Part shown: positions 18,681 through 28,133 of the stretch, piece after piece
Layout: the number at the start of each line of letters is the position of its first letter
How positions within the stretch are numbered: the first letter of the stretch is position 1
Position numbers and translations under genes: made by a program
Source: a virus
Lineage: Duplodnaviria; Caudoviricetes
DNA: 64,000 nucleotides
Direction: 5' to 3' (one strand)
Virus record (IMG/VR): IMGVR_UViG_3300031992_000012
Span: 141,082-205,081 of that record
The notes under the pieces: generated by a model
Told to the model about the DNA's origin: nothing
Databases searched by the model: none
Seen by the model: the letters and a program-made list of their open reading frames with translations, nothing else

Positions 18681-19010
18681 ATGAACCAGGAATACGTGAA
18701 AATCGAAACCGAGAAGGAGCTAAAGCAGAGCTTCTTCGAAGCGTTCCAGCGTGCCCGCAGGACACCAGTACCAAACCACCCGTTTGTTGTGGTAGCCGAG
18801 ATTTTCCGGCAGCGCAACATTCCGACCGAATGGATGACAGACGGTCAGCTTATCCAGGACGACGTCAAACGTCTCCTGATGAGACTTGAGATGAACGGGC
18901 TTCCTGTGGCCACCTCATACCGGCCGCTTGTCGGAAGCCCGTTCGCCAAATTGTTTCGTCCAGCAAATCTGCCGTCCGAAGGTGACGACGGCGACGACCA
19001 GTTGATTTAA
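18681..19010 (+). CDS. hypothetical protein
   Basis: 109 aa, strong AGGAGG RBS. Confidence 0.6.
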   Translation: MNQEYVKIETEKELKQSFFEAFQRARRTPVPNHPFVVVAEIFRQRNIPTEWMTDGQLIQDDVKRLLMRLEMNGLPVATSYRPLVGSPFAKLFRPANLPSEGDDGDDQLI

Positions 19011-19023
19011 ATGGAGAACCAGC

Positions 19024-20835
19024 ATGAAGAGAATCGAAGAAATTACCGGACTCACCGGTATGCCTGTGTATCTCAACGAGGCGCCCGCAGAAGGCGAGCA
19101 GCCCGCAGCACCCACAGACAGCAATTGTTTCATTATTTGTTCGGATGGCGTTTATCGTTACGTACGGAATGACTATATGACAAGCACAATCAAACTCGAA
19201 GGTGGCATCCCGAGCGGTGCCGTGGCGAAAGGCGGCGAAACGATTTTCTGGACGGGCCCGAAACTGTCGGTCGAAGACTTCCACTTCGTCCGCAAGATTT
19301 TCGTCGGCGTGTACGACAAAATCAAGGCCGAATGCGATGTCCAGCTCGAGTGGTCGCCCTCGCTTGGCAAGTTCATCATCCGCCTACCGCACCAGACCGT
19401 TTCCGGCGCGTCCGTCCACTGGGAGACAGCCGACGACGACCCGTGCTGGATTGACCGCAAGCTCTGCCAGGCAAAGGACCTTCCCGAGGACGCGTTCCAC
19501 ATGGGGCGCATCCATTCCCACAACGTCATGAACGCGTTCTGGTCAGGTGTCGACACCGGCGACCAGGAACGCCAGGAATGGGGCATTCAGATTGTCATGG
19601 GCCATATCACCACGGACTGCGAGTACAAATGCCGTATCTGCAACTGCGGCCGCTATATCGACGTTGAACTGGAGGACGTCGTCGATTTCCCTCCGGTGGA
19701 GCGACTCGAAATCCCGGATGGCATTATCAAGCAGGCTGCTGCGACGACATTCTACAACGGTTCGACCTGGGGAAGCTCATATTATCAAAAGGGTTCGGGA
19801 TACTATCAAGGAAGCAACTACGGCGGCTCGAGCGCAGGCAGCGAAAACTTCAAAGGCAAGCACTGGAACGGGAAAGAGTGGGTGTACGACAAACCCGCAA
19901 CTACGGGTACGGCGACAACGCCTACGACGACTGGGGCCGCCCAGCCGACCGGGGAGGCCGCCGCAAACGGCGGTAGCTTTCCGGGAGCCGACGACGAAGC
20001 CGACTACGCGGGAGTTGAGGAAGATTACTATCGGCATGGAGGGTCAGACCGCCCTTTTGCCCGTGACGGCCGCGCAACCGGTGAAGCGGATAAAACCGTC
20101 AAGACAGCCGGACAACGCAGAAGAGGGCGCCCTCGGAAAAACGCTGACAGCGCTTCTACGGGGAGTGGAGTGGCTCCTGCTGGGGCAGTGACGGAACGGG
20201 ACATCGCCCCGATTCTGTATCTGACCTCGCAGGTTGTCATTCCTCCGTGCATTGACCGTTACAGTCCAGAATACCTGAGAAACCTGCTGAAGAACGAGCC
20301 GAGCCAACTGGCCGTCGAAGTGTGCCGCCACTCGCTTGGTGACGATGAACTCAAACGGTTCATGACGTTTTACACGTTCTACAAGGCCGTAGGTTTCCCG
20401 GACGACCAGATCAAGGGAATCGTCATCCCTCCTGATTGGATGAAGAAACTGGAGCCGTGGATTATCCACGGACAGGACCCCCGCAACTGCATCGACGAGG
20501 AGGGAATGCGAATCCTGCTCCAGGACGTCGGTGTGAATTTCGACGCTTTCCTGAACAGTTTTTCGGTCCGGTATCCCGTCCTCTCGACCACATTCAAAAA
20601 GGAGTTCTACTCCAAGCGCAAGGTCTCGATGGCGGACGTCTACAAGGACTTCGTCTGGGACCCCGAGACAGACCACTCAACAACGGGAATCAACTCGGCC
20701 GTCGACGCGCTTTGCCAGCTTGCGAAGACGACCGAGGAAAGCTTGATTCCGTTGCCGGCCTATCTCCTGACACAATTTTTCAAGTCACCTGAAGCCAAAC
20801 GCGATTGGCTTCTTCATTCGTTGTTGATGTACTAA
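19024..20835 (+). CDS. JAB/MPN-domain metalloprotease with long C-terminal extension
   Basis: E...PHQTVSGASV...IHSHNVMNAFWSGVDTGD JAMM-type motif, then a low-complexity linker. Confidence 0.8.
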   Translation: MKRIEEITGLTGMPVYLNEAPAEGEQPAAPTDSNCFIICSDGVYRYVRNDYMTSTIKLEGGIPSGAVAKGGETIFWTGPKLSVEDFHFVRKIFVGVYDKIKAECDVQLEWSPSLGKFIIRLPHQTVSGASVHWETADDDPCWIDRKLCQAKDLPEDAFHMGRIHSHNVMNAFWSGVDTGDQERQEWGIQIVMGHITTDCEYKCRICNCGRYIDVELEDVVDFPPVERLEIPDGIIKQAAATTFYNGSTWGSSYYQKGSGYYQGSNYGGSSAGSENFKGKHWNGKEWVYDKPATTGTATTPTTTGAAQPTGEAAANGGSFPGADDEADYAGVEEDYYRHGGSDRPFARDGRATGEADKTVKTAGQRRRGRPRKNADSASTGSGVAPAGAVTERDIAPILYLTSQVVIPPCIDRYSPEYLRNLLKNEPSQLAVEVCRHSLGDDELKRFMTFYTFYKAVGFPDDQIKGIVIPPDWMKKLEPWIIHGQDPRNCIDEEGMRILLQDVGVNFDAFLNSFSVRYPVLSTTFKKEFYSKRKVSMADVYKDFVWDPETDHSTTGINSAVDALCQLAKTTEESLIPLPAYLLTQFFKSPEAKRDWLLHSLLMY

Positions 20836-20855
20836 CCGGAGATCGAGACCAGTCA

Positions 20856-22427
20856 ATGAAAGAAATTAACATCATCATCGTGGGTCTGGGTGGCATCGGA
20901 AACATCGTGGCCGACGCCCTGTATCCATTTCTTCGCGGAACTGTCCGCGACGCACGTCTGAGACGCCTTGTCTTCATCGACAAGGACGTCTACGAAGTGT
21001 CCAACGTACCTCGCCAGAAGGCGGCCGCCTCCATGCTCGGCATGAACAAGGCGGCCGCCTGGGAGCACATCTACTCCCGGAGCAAGTACAACAATGTCCA
21101 GGCGACATTCTCCTCAATCCGTGAATGGATTACGCCGGCGACCGTGTCTACGTGTTTCGACGAAACCGTCGACAACGGCCCGACCATCATCATGAGCTGC
21201 GTGGACAACCACCCCGCACGCCTTCTCATGTCACGGTACTTGCAGCAGCGCGTCGAGACGCACAACGACCTGGTGCTCATCCAGGGCGGCTGTTCGCGCA
21301 ACCGCGCAACCACCGACATCTTCGGCAAATGGAACGGAACGATGGTCGGCACCCCAATCGAGGTCAACCATCCTGAAGTCCTTGAAGCCAAGAACGGCGA
21401 CCGCAACGGAATCTCCTGCGAGGAACTGGCGAACTCCTCGTCAGGCGACCAGACCTACGTCGAAAACTTCATGGCCGGGACCATGATGATGAACCTCATG
21501 TTCACCCTTCTGACGTCCCCGGCCGCTCTTACGAGCTTCATTGAAGAATTCTACGACATCGAGACGCACTACTACCTATGCGACAAGCGCCGCCCGGCCC
21601 CTCCTCCGGGAATGCGCCGCCAAGGCGCCACCCCTGCGGCTGTGTCCGTCGACGGCGAAGCCCCTTCCGGGGGCGCACCTGCGCCGGCAACCACGCCGGA
21701 GTTCGAACACGCCGTGTCGGTGGCGCGTGACAACCACGCCGCGATGCCTTTGCTGGCCTCGCTGGTTGTCGTGACGTCCGGCAACGGCAAGTCCGGCAAC
21801 ATAGCGGGCATCGCCGAAGCAAACGACGTCGGGGCGTTCCTGATGGACCTCCGTCGCCGCCGTCTTGAGCAGACCGTCATCAGCCGTACACTCAATGCGT
21901 ACGCCAAGGACGGTGTCGCCCTGATGAAGGCGTGCGTCGACGTGGCCGCAGTCGTTCCGGACATGCCCGGGCGTACGACGCGTGAGAAGCTCCTTGCGCT
22001 GGCCTCGGCCGCGCAGGGTTCCGACAAGGCGTCTGAAACGGCCCGCGACATGTGCCTGGCCGAGGCGCTGTGCGACGAAGACTTCAACAAGGCCCGCGAC
22101 GTCTACGCCGCATATGCGACCGACGGTGATTTCAACTGGAGCCTGGTTCTAGGCGACAAGACCGACGACGCCCTGGCGTTCGAAGTCAAGCCGAAGGAAG
22201 GTCCGGCCGCTACGCCGCCGGACGAAGAATCGGCGCCGCCCGCCGCCGAAGGCGAAGAGCACATCCCGATGCCGGGTGACTTCGGCGAAGACGAGGATGT
22301 CCCGTTCATCCCCGACGAAGAGTGTGAAGCAATGTCAGACGAGGCGCTGGCCAACTATGTTGTCGCCGTCGCCCGTCAAGCAAGAAGGAAAAGACAACAG
22401 GCACGTGCCGCACAACCAACAGCCTAA
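20856..22427 (+). CDS. ThiF/E1-like activating enzyme
   Basis: VGLGGIG, IDKD, SNVPRQ, NKA, CVDN..AR motifs; SCEE candidate active Cys. Confidence 0.85.
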   Translation: MKEINIIIVGLGGIGNIVADALYPFLRGTVRDARLRRLVFIDKDVYEVSNVPRQKAAASMLGMNKAAAWEHIYSRSKYNNVQATFSSIREWITPATVSTCFDETVDNGPTIIMSCVDNHPARLLMSRYLQQRVETHNDLVLIQGGCSRNRATTDIFGKWNGTMVGTPIEVNHPEVLEAKNGDRNGISCEELANSSSGDQTYVENFMAGTMMMNLMFTLLTSPAALTSFIEEFYDIETHYYLCDKRRPAPPPGMRRQGATPAAVSVDGEAPSGGAPAPATTPEFEHAVSVARDNHAAMPLLASLVVVTSGNGKSGNIAGIAEANDVGAFLMDLRRRRLEQTVISRTLNAYAKDGVALMKACVDVAAVVPDMPGRTTREKLLALASAAQGSDKASETARDMCLAEALCDEDFNKARDVYAAYATDGDFNWSLVLGDKTDDALAFEVKPKEGPAATPPDEESAPPAAEGEEHIPMPGDFGEDEDVPFIPDEECEAMSDEALANYVVAVARQARRKRQQARAAQPTA

Positions 22428-23324
22428 TTGATGTCAACCAGACAGTATACAGAAACTACATACATATCCCGTACTGATTGGCCCGCCCGTGCGTGCAAAA
22501 TCAAAGAGGATGTGTTTCTTCATGCGAAACGCCTGGCGCTGACGGCCGGTTCGGCCACAGCGCTGGCGTATCTGCGCATGAAGGGCCTGCCGGACACTAC
22601 GGACACCGACGATGAATTCTTGATGCGCCTGGCGCAGTCATGCAATCGCGACGACCTGAAGATGTCCAAGTGCGCCCACTGTGCTTTCCGTAAGAAGTGC
22701 TGCGGAACGCCGGTGGGCTGCCGGTCGGCCATCGACGACAGAACTCCCATATGGAAGGTTGCGTTCACTTTCTACGCCGCCCCCGGGAGATTGAGCAGGG
22801 ATTGGAAATGGATGACCTGCTACGACAGAGGATGGGCCAAATATTGCGACGGGGAGATCAGGCAGGTCTCCCTGTCCGATATGGATTTGTTCCCGGTTTG
22901 CTCCACCTTGATGTCCGATGTCTTTATCAACTACGACGGAATCCATATCACACGCGTCAGCCCCGGCTCGCTTGACCTGGTCAGGTGCGGGGTGCTTCCG
23001 CTGAAAGGCGAAACGTATGATGGGTACCTGGCCCGTATCGAGGAGATAAGGCAGACAATTGCGTCAAAGGACAGAAAGAAGGAGGATACCGGGAGGCCCG
23101 TCGAAGAAAGGCTTCACGCGATTTTCGTCGGAATCGGACAAGGGGACGCCCTGACCTCGCTATACGGCAACGACGCCGTGGCGATGGCCAGGGACTACTT
23201 CCCGGGAATGAAGCCGGAGGAAATAGCGAACCAATACCGTGTATCCACAGTAAAGGTGAGTGAAGAAGACGTAAGGAAGGCGGCGATAGAACAGCGCAAG
23301 GCCGCCGGGGGAGGCGGTAAATGA
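22428..23324 (+). CDS. Cys-rich hypothetical protein coupled to the retron-type RT
   Basis: CAHCAFRKKCCGTPVGC cluster; ATGA overlap with the RT start. Confidence 0.6.
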   Translation: MMSTRQYTETTYISRTDWPARACKIKEDVFLHAKRLALTAGSATALAYLRMKGLPDTTDTDDEFLMRLAQSCNRDDLKMSKCAHCAFRKKCCGTPVGCRSAIDDRTPIWKVAFTFYAAPGRLSRDWKWMTCYDRGWAKYCDGEIRQVSLSDMDLFPVCSTLMSDVFINYDGIHITRVSPGSLDLVRCGVLPLKGETYDGYLARIEEIRQTIASKDRKKEDTGRPVEERLHAIFVGIGQGDALTSLYGNDAVAMARDYFPGMKPEEIANQYRVSTVKVSEEDVRKAAIEQRKAAGGGGK

Positions 23325-24679
23325 GTTATTCCGTCAGAACAATAGATGTCCGTACCACGGCTTCGCATGTGGTCCGTTCCCTGTACGCTCCGAAAGGCAG
23401 CGGGAATACAAGGACGCGTCTGGCATACACCGATCTAGGCTACATGAGGAACGGCGGGGTATACGAATGTCTCTGCAAGGTAGGTGACAAGTACAAGCCG
23501 GATGCCCCGTGGGCCACAGAAAGGACGATCATTACGCTTGACATGGTCTCCTCCATCACAATCGCGTTCCTCAAGGAATGCACGATACCGGGAATGACAG
23601 ACAGGTATCTGTCGAGCATAGTGAACGAGTCCCTGCATTCTCCTGAAAAGATGCACCGCCACTACGCCGTGTTCGAGATTCCGAAGAAGTCAGGCGGAAC
23701 CCGTGTAATCGAAGCCCCGGACGACAAACTGAAGACGCTGCAAAGGGCGATACTCCATAACGCGTGGTATTCGCTCGGCGGCCTCCGCACATGCGTCCAG
23801 GGATTCGTTCCGGGTCGCGGAACCAAGACAAACGCGGAAATGCACTTCAACCCTGCCTTCGCAAGAAAGCAGTTCCTGTTGAAGAGCGACTTCCGCGACT
23901 TCTTCCCGTCAGTAACGTCAATCAACTTCTACGACAAGCTGATTACACTGACGAACCAGCGCCGGGTGCGCGGCACCTTCTTCAAGGTTCCCCCGAAGAT
24001 GATTGCGGCGCTGAAGCGCAACAACGAGCTGTTCCCGACTGTACGTCCGTACATCGACAATATGCCGAATGACGGAATTTGGGCGAAGGACATGGCGGAC
24101 ACGGAAACCTCGCGGGAAGAGAGAAAAATAGCCGAAGGGCTGTTCATACTTCTTCTGTGGGGGCTGATTTCACTGTGTTCGATGGACGGACGGATGCCCC
24201 AGGGCAGCCCGTGCAGTCCAGCCATGACCAATCTATACCTGGACGCTTTCCATACCTCGGCGATGTGCTGCGCCAGGATGGTCAGCGAGAGAAACGACGA
24301 CAACGTCGTGTATACAATCTTCGCCGACGACATGTGCGTTACCGCCAACAAGATCGACAGCGTGCTGCAGATGCAGGGAATGCTTCGCGGGCTCGTCCGT
24401 GGCTATCCAGACATCAGCATGAACGAGGCGAAGACAGGTATATTCAAATGCGGTCAGCCACAGAAGGTGACAGGCGTCTGCATAACAGACCGCATCTCCA
24501 TATCCCGCCAGACGAGGGACGTGGTCAGGGCCGAGCTTCATAATGCCGCGACAGGCAGGAAGACGCTCGACGAGAAAGACAAGATGCGTCTCAAGGGCAT
24601 GCGGGCGCATATAATCGGAATAGACCCTGAAGGCTGGAACAAACGCTGCGAGCCGCTGTTCCGACAGGTGTTCGGATGA
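23321..24679 (+). CDS. retron-type reverse transcriptase
   Basis: IPKKSGGTRVIEAP, GFVPGR, retron signature NAEMH (NAxxH), DFRDFFPS, PQGSPCSP, FADD, retron VTG motif (QKVTGV). Confidence 0.9.
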   Translation: MSYSVRTIDVRTTASHVVRSLYAPKGSGNTRTRLAYTDLGYMRNGGVYECLCKVGDKYKPDAPWATERTIITLDMVSSITIAFLKECTIPGMTDRYLSSIVNESLHSPEKMHRHYAVFEIPKKSGGTRVIEAPDDKLKTLQRAILHNAWYSLGGLRTCVQGFVPGRGTKTNAEMHFNPAFARKQFLLKSDFRDFFPSVTSINFYDKLITLTNQRRVRGTFFKVPPKMIAALKRNNELFPTVRPYIDNMPNDGIWAKDMADTETSREERKIAEGLFILLLWGLISLCSMDGRMPQGSPCSPAMTNLYLDAFHTSAMCCARMVSERNDDNVVYTIFADDMCVTANKIDSVLQMQGMLRGLVRGYPDISMNEAKTGIFKCGQPQKVTGVCITDRISISRQTRDVVRAELHNAATGRKTLDEKDKMRLKGMRAHIIGIDPEGWNKRCEPLFRQVFG

Positions 24680-25686
24680 TACACATAGCCGCCGACCTGC
24701 ATTTGCGTCCATGCATCTGGAAAGGCCACCCTGAAATATCGGGTGACCAGTACAGGGCGTGGGCGCAGCTTTGCAACGCGGTGGCCGAGGACCCGGACGG
24801 GGTGCTTATCCTGGCCGGCGACACGTTCGATACGCCATGCCCTTCCGGCGAGACCGAGTATGTCTTCCGGAAGGGCATGGATTTACTGCGAAGCAAAGGA
24901 AGACGCTGCCTGTTCATTTCCGGCAACCACGACATCGAGGGTATTCCCAGGCCGGTTCTCTTCGGCGCGGAGCCGCTGGACGAGCCAAGGGACATATTGG
25001 GGATGAAGGCGGCCGGCGTCCATTTCACAAGAAGTTCCACTGAGTTGCACAACACGATAGAATCGTTCCCTCCGCTCGACATCCTTGTCCTGCACACTGG
25101 TTTCCGGCATCTTCTAGGTTTCAACGAGACATGGCAGATAAGCAAGGAGGACATCCCCGATTCAATAGGGATGGTGTTCTCAGGGCATGTTCATGTCCAC
25201 TCCGAGGAAGGGAAGGTATATTCACCAGGCAGCCTGGCCCTGCACAGGGCGGACGAGATAGACAAAGGCCACGGGTGGTTCATTGTAAACCCGGCCGACG
25301 GGTCCGTCACGTGGAGGGAGGTCATGACACGTATGTTCGTGTCCGTTGATGTGGACGCGGGGTTCAGCCTCGACTCGCTGAATCCCCTCGTCGGCAGAAC
25401 GGGGGAAAAACCAGTCGTTCTTCTTAATTATCAAAATTCGGACCTGGCATTGGCCGACGCGGTCATAGACAGGTTCAAGGAAAGCCTGTTTTTCGTAAGA
25501 AACGCCCGCGCGGCCGAAAAGGCGCAGGTAATTGAGGACACGGAGGCGACGGCGTTCGACCCGTCGGTCGTTGCCACGGACTATTTCACAAAAAAACTGA
25601 GCACGGAGCAACGGGAGCTGGCGGTGGAGATGATGACCGCCAACGATCCGGCGTCCGTACTTGCAAGATTCATCGAAAGGGGATGA
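24676..25686 (+). CDS. SbcD/Mre11-like nuclease
   Basis: ADLH, AGDTFD, GNHD, GHVH, YSPGS motifs. Confidence 0.88.
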   Translation: MIHIAADLHLRPCIWKGHPEISGDQYRAWAQLCNAVAEDPDGVLILAGDTFDTPCPSGETEYVFRKGMDLLRSKGRRCLFISGNHDIEGIPRPVLFGAEPLDEPRDILGMKAAGVHFTRSSTELHNTIESFPPLDILVLHTGFRHLLGFNETWQISKEDIPDSIGMVFSGHVHVHSEEGKVYSPGSLALHRADEIDKGHGWFIVNPADGSVTWREVMTRMFVSVDVDAGFSLDSLNPLVGRTGEKPVVLLNYQNSDLALADAVIDRFKESLFFVRNARAAEKAQVIEDTEATAFDPSVVATDYFTKKLSTEQRELAVEMMTANDPASVLARFIERG

Positions 25687-25687
25687 C

Positions 25688-26074
25688 ATGGATATCAAAT
25701 TTACAAAAACGCATCTATGGGTACGCGAGCTTGAGGGGGGAGTGCTGCTGATGGGTCTTAGCGGACACGCTGTCATGTCCCTCGAAAGGGTCGAGTACAT
25801 AGACACGGAGATTTTACAACGCGTTGTAAAATCGGGCGAGGACATGGGCAGCGTGGAATCCACAAAAACCGCAAGCTCAATAGTTTGCCCATTCGACCTT
25901 GAGATTCTGGACAAACGTGACGGGACGGAGATAGACCTTGACAAGTTCAACGAGAACCCGGAAAGCGAGGACAACTGGCTCTACAAGGTTTCACCGAAAG
26001 GCGACTACAAGGAAGCCCTTATGAGCGCGGAAGACTACGCAAAGACGCTGGGCATGCCCGATGAAACTGCTTGA
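25688..26074 (+). CDS. glycine cleavage system H-like (lipoyl carrier) protein
   Basis: FTKTHLWV, VESTKTAS with the lipoylation-site Lys, N..P...WLYKV. Confidence 0.8.
   Translation: MDIKFTKTHLWVRELEGGVLLMGLSGHAVMSLERVEYIDTEILQRVVKSGEDMGSVESTKTASSIVCPFDLEILDKRDGTEIDLDKFNENPESEDNWLYKVSPKGDYKEALMSAEDYAKTLGMPDETA
25810..25833. promoter_or_regulatory. 24-bp perfect palindrome, recurrent operator/parS-like site
   Basis: GATTTTACAACGCGTTGTAAAATC; near copies at 10103-10122 and 52592-52615. Confidence 0.55.
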
Positions 26075-27704
26075 CATCAAGCTAGAGAACTTCAAGAGGC
26101 ACAGGAAGCTGGAGGTCCCGATACGCCCGGGTCTTGTCGGGCTAGTCGGGTCCAACGGCTCCGGGAAGTCATCGTTCCTGTCCAGCATGGCCTTCGCCAT
26201 AACCGGGACCGCACTCAACGACGACACACGGGACAAGATGATAACCTGGGGTGAGAAGAACGGAAGCGTCACGCTGACGTTCGATCACAACGGGAAGGAA
26301 TTCGTCGTCACCCGCCAGTTGGGGAAGCTCAACGCCACGTTGGAAGGAGAAGATGTGTCGATAAAGGGGGTGAACCCGGTCAACGCCGAAATGCAGCGGA
26401 TGGCCGGCACACCGTTTGACTTGTTCAAGGGCGTCATGTTTGTCGCGCAGGCGGCGCTTGACACACCGCTTCGCGGAACAGAGGCATCAAGAAAGGAGGC
26501 CTTCGGCAGACTGTTCGACTGCCAGCGTTTCGACCGGCTGCGTGATGTGCTGCAGGAGGGAATATCCCGGCTGCAGGGTCAATGCTCGTCGATCAACGCG
26601 GGAACCATGGATGAACTCAACCGGAGGGTCTCGGAGACCGAAGCCTCGTTACAGAGCGTGAACAAGGAGATAGAAGACCTGAAGGCAGAACTGGCGGATT
26701 TCGATCTGCCTGCGCTGTACAAGGTTATGAATTCCGTGGCCAAGGATGAGGCAACATTGGCCAAGGTAAGGAACGACCTGCGGAGATTCGAGGAGTCTCT
26801 GAAGGCGTTCGAGGACTGCGACGTCGGCAAATGGGACGCCGCAAAGAACGCCAGGGAAACGGCATGGTACGACTCCATACTGAAATTCCACGACACAGGC
26901 GTCTGCCCGATGTGTAAACGCCCGGCCGAGAAGCCTCCAATCCCGAAGGAGGAGGCGCTTGCCCGTAAGGACGAGCTTGTAGCGGAGAAAGTAAGGATGG
27001 AGGACAAAATCAGGCTTCTAAAAATGCACGCGGAGGCGTCCGACTGGCTTAGAAGGCTGGAAAGCGCGGAACACACGCAGGAGGAGATAACCCAGGCGTC
27101 AAACAGAATAAGACAACACACGCAGTTGGAATGCGAACTGCGGGAAAAGATGTCGAGAAGGGGCTGGTGCGAAGGGACGCTAGCCGATACGAGAAGGGCG
27201 ATAGAGGACGCCGGGAGAAAGCTGGAGGCTACGGAAAGAGCCCGTCGGAGTATAGAAACTCTGGAAGCCGTGCGGAACGCCTTCCACCGTGACTGTGTCC
27301 AGAAAGCGATACGGTCGTACGGTGCGAGACAGATAAACGACAGGCTCGCCGGGTATCTGGCAATCTTCAGCCTACCCTATCTACCATCGTTCGACGACGA
27401 CGGTCTGCTCAGGTTCATGGACCCGGCGTCCAAGACGACGCACGAATTCGCGGATTTGAGTGGCGGCCAGGGGAACCTGGTCGCACTGGCGTACCGCCTT
27501 GCGCTCATGCAGATGTTTTCGGGAAACGTCCGCGTGGCGATTCTCGACGAACCAACCTACGGGGTCGACAAGCAGAACCTTGAGGCTATGTGCGAGTCGT
27601 TCAAGGCGCTGTCCGAATACGCCGGGCAGCGGGGCTTGAGCATATTCGTCGCAACGCACGAGGAGGCGCTGTTTCCCTCGTTCGACCAGGTAATCCAACT
27701 ATGA
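26061..27704 (+). CDS. SbcC/Rad50-like ATPase
   Basis: GSNGSGKS, coiled coils, CPMC zinc hook, LSGGQ, ILDEP, ATH. Confidence 0.9.
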   Translation: MKLLDIKLENFKRHRKLEVPIRPGLVGLVGSNGSGKSSFLSSMAFAITGTALNDDTRDKMITWGEKNGSVTLTFDHNGKEFVVTRQLGKLNATLEGEDVSIKGVNPVNAEMQRMAGTPFDLFKGVMFVAQAALDTPLRGTEASRKEAFGRLFDCQRFDRLRDVLQEGISRLQGQCSSINAGTMDELNRRVSETEASLQSVNKEIEDLKAELADFDLPALYKVMNSVAKDEATLAKVRNDLRRFEESLKAFEDCDVGKWDAAKNARETAWYDSILKFHDTGVCPMCKRPAEKPPIPKEEALARKDELVAEKVRMEDKIRLLKMHAEASDWLRRLESAEHTQEEITQASNRIRQHTQLECELREKMSRRGWCEGTLADTRRAIEDAGRKLEATERARRSIETLEAVRNAFHRDCVQKAIRSYGARQINDRLAGYLAIFSLPYLPSFDDDGLLRFMDPASKTTHEFADLSGGQGNLVALAYRLALMQMFSGNVRVAILDEPTYGVDKQNLEAMCESFKALSEYAGQRGLSIFVATHEEALFPSFDQVIQL

Positions 27705-28132
27705 TTGACTTAGCGATGCCCGGAGGAAGGTACGTCGTCAAGCACGAAATGGAAGCGCAAGACTTAAAGACAAGAATGTCCCATATGAACGATTTGTTCA
27801 GGCAGGACAACACTGAGCAGGTGGCAGAAAGCACGCCTCGGGTTCAGGAGACAAAAAAGAAGACTCAGGAACCAAAGGAAGAGGCCACTATGAGCAAACA
27901 AGAAGCAAAGGAAGAAAGAAGCGAACGAGACATCCTGTTTGAAAACATCCAACAGGACCTCAGCAACCTGTCCGTTGATTTCGACAGGGTGAAGGAATTG
28001 ATGACCGGCGTCGGCGACGGCGAAGAGGTCAAGAAGCTTGAAGCGGAGAACGAGGAACTGAAAAAGCAGATTGCCGAGCTCAAGGTCAAGGCCGACAAGC
28101 TCGACGCTTTGATGTCCATAATGGGTCGCTGA
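27701..28132 (+). CDS. coiled-coil hypothetical protein
   Basis: ATGA-coupled; charged heptad-rich C-terminus. Confidence 0.55.
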   Translation: MIDLAMPGGRYVVKHEMEAQDLKTRMSHMNDLFRQDNTEQVAESTPRVQETKKKTQEPKEEATMSKQEAKEERSERDILFENIQQDLSNLSVDFDRVKELMTGVGDGEEVKKLEAENEELKKQIAELKVKADKLDALMSIMGR

Positions 28133-28133
28133 T

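Noticed and set aside
23321-24679. Group II intron or DGR RT
   Set aside because: It has the retron NAxxH and VTG motifs, no maturase domain, no flanking intron RNA (coupled to genes on both sides) and no nearby TR
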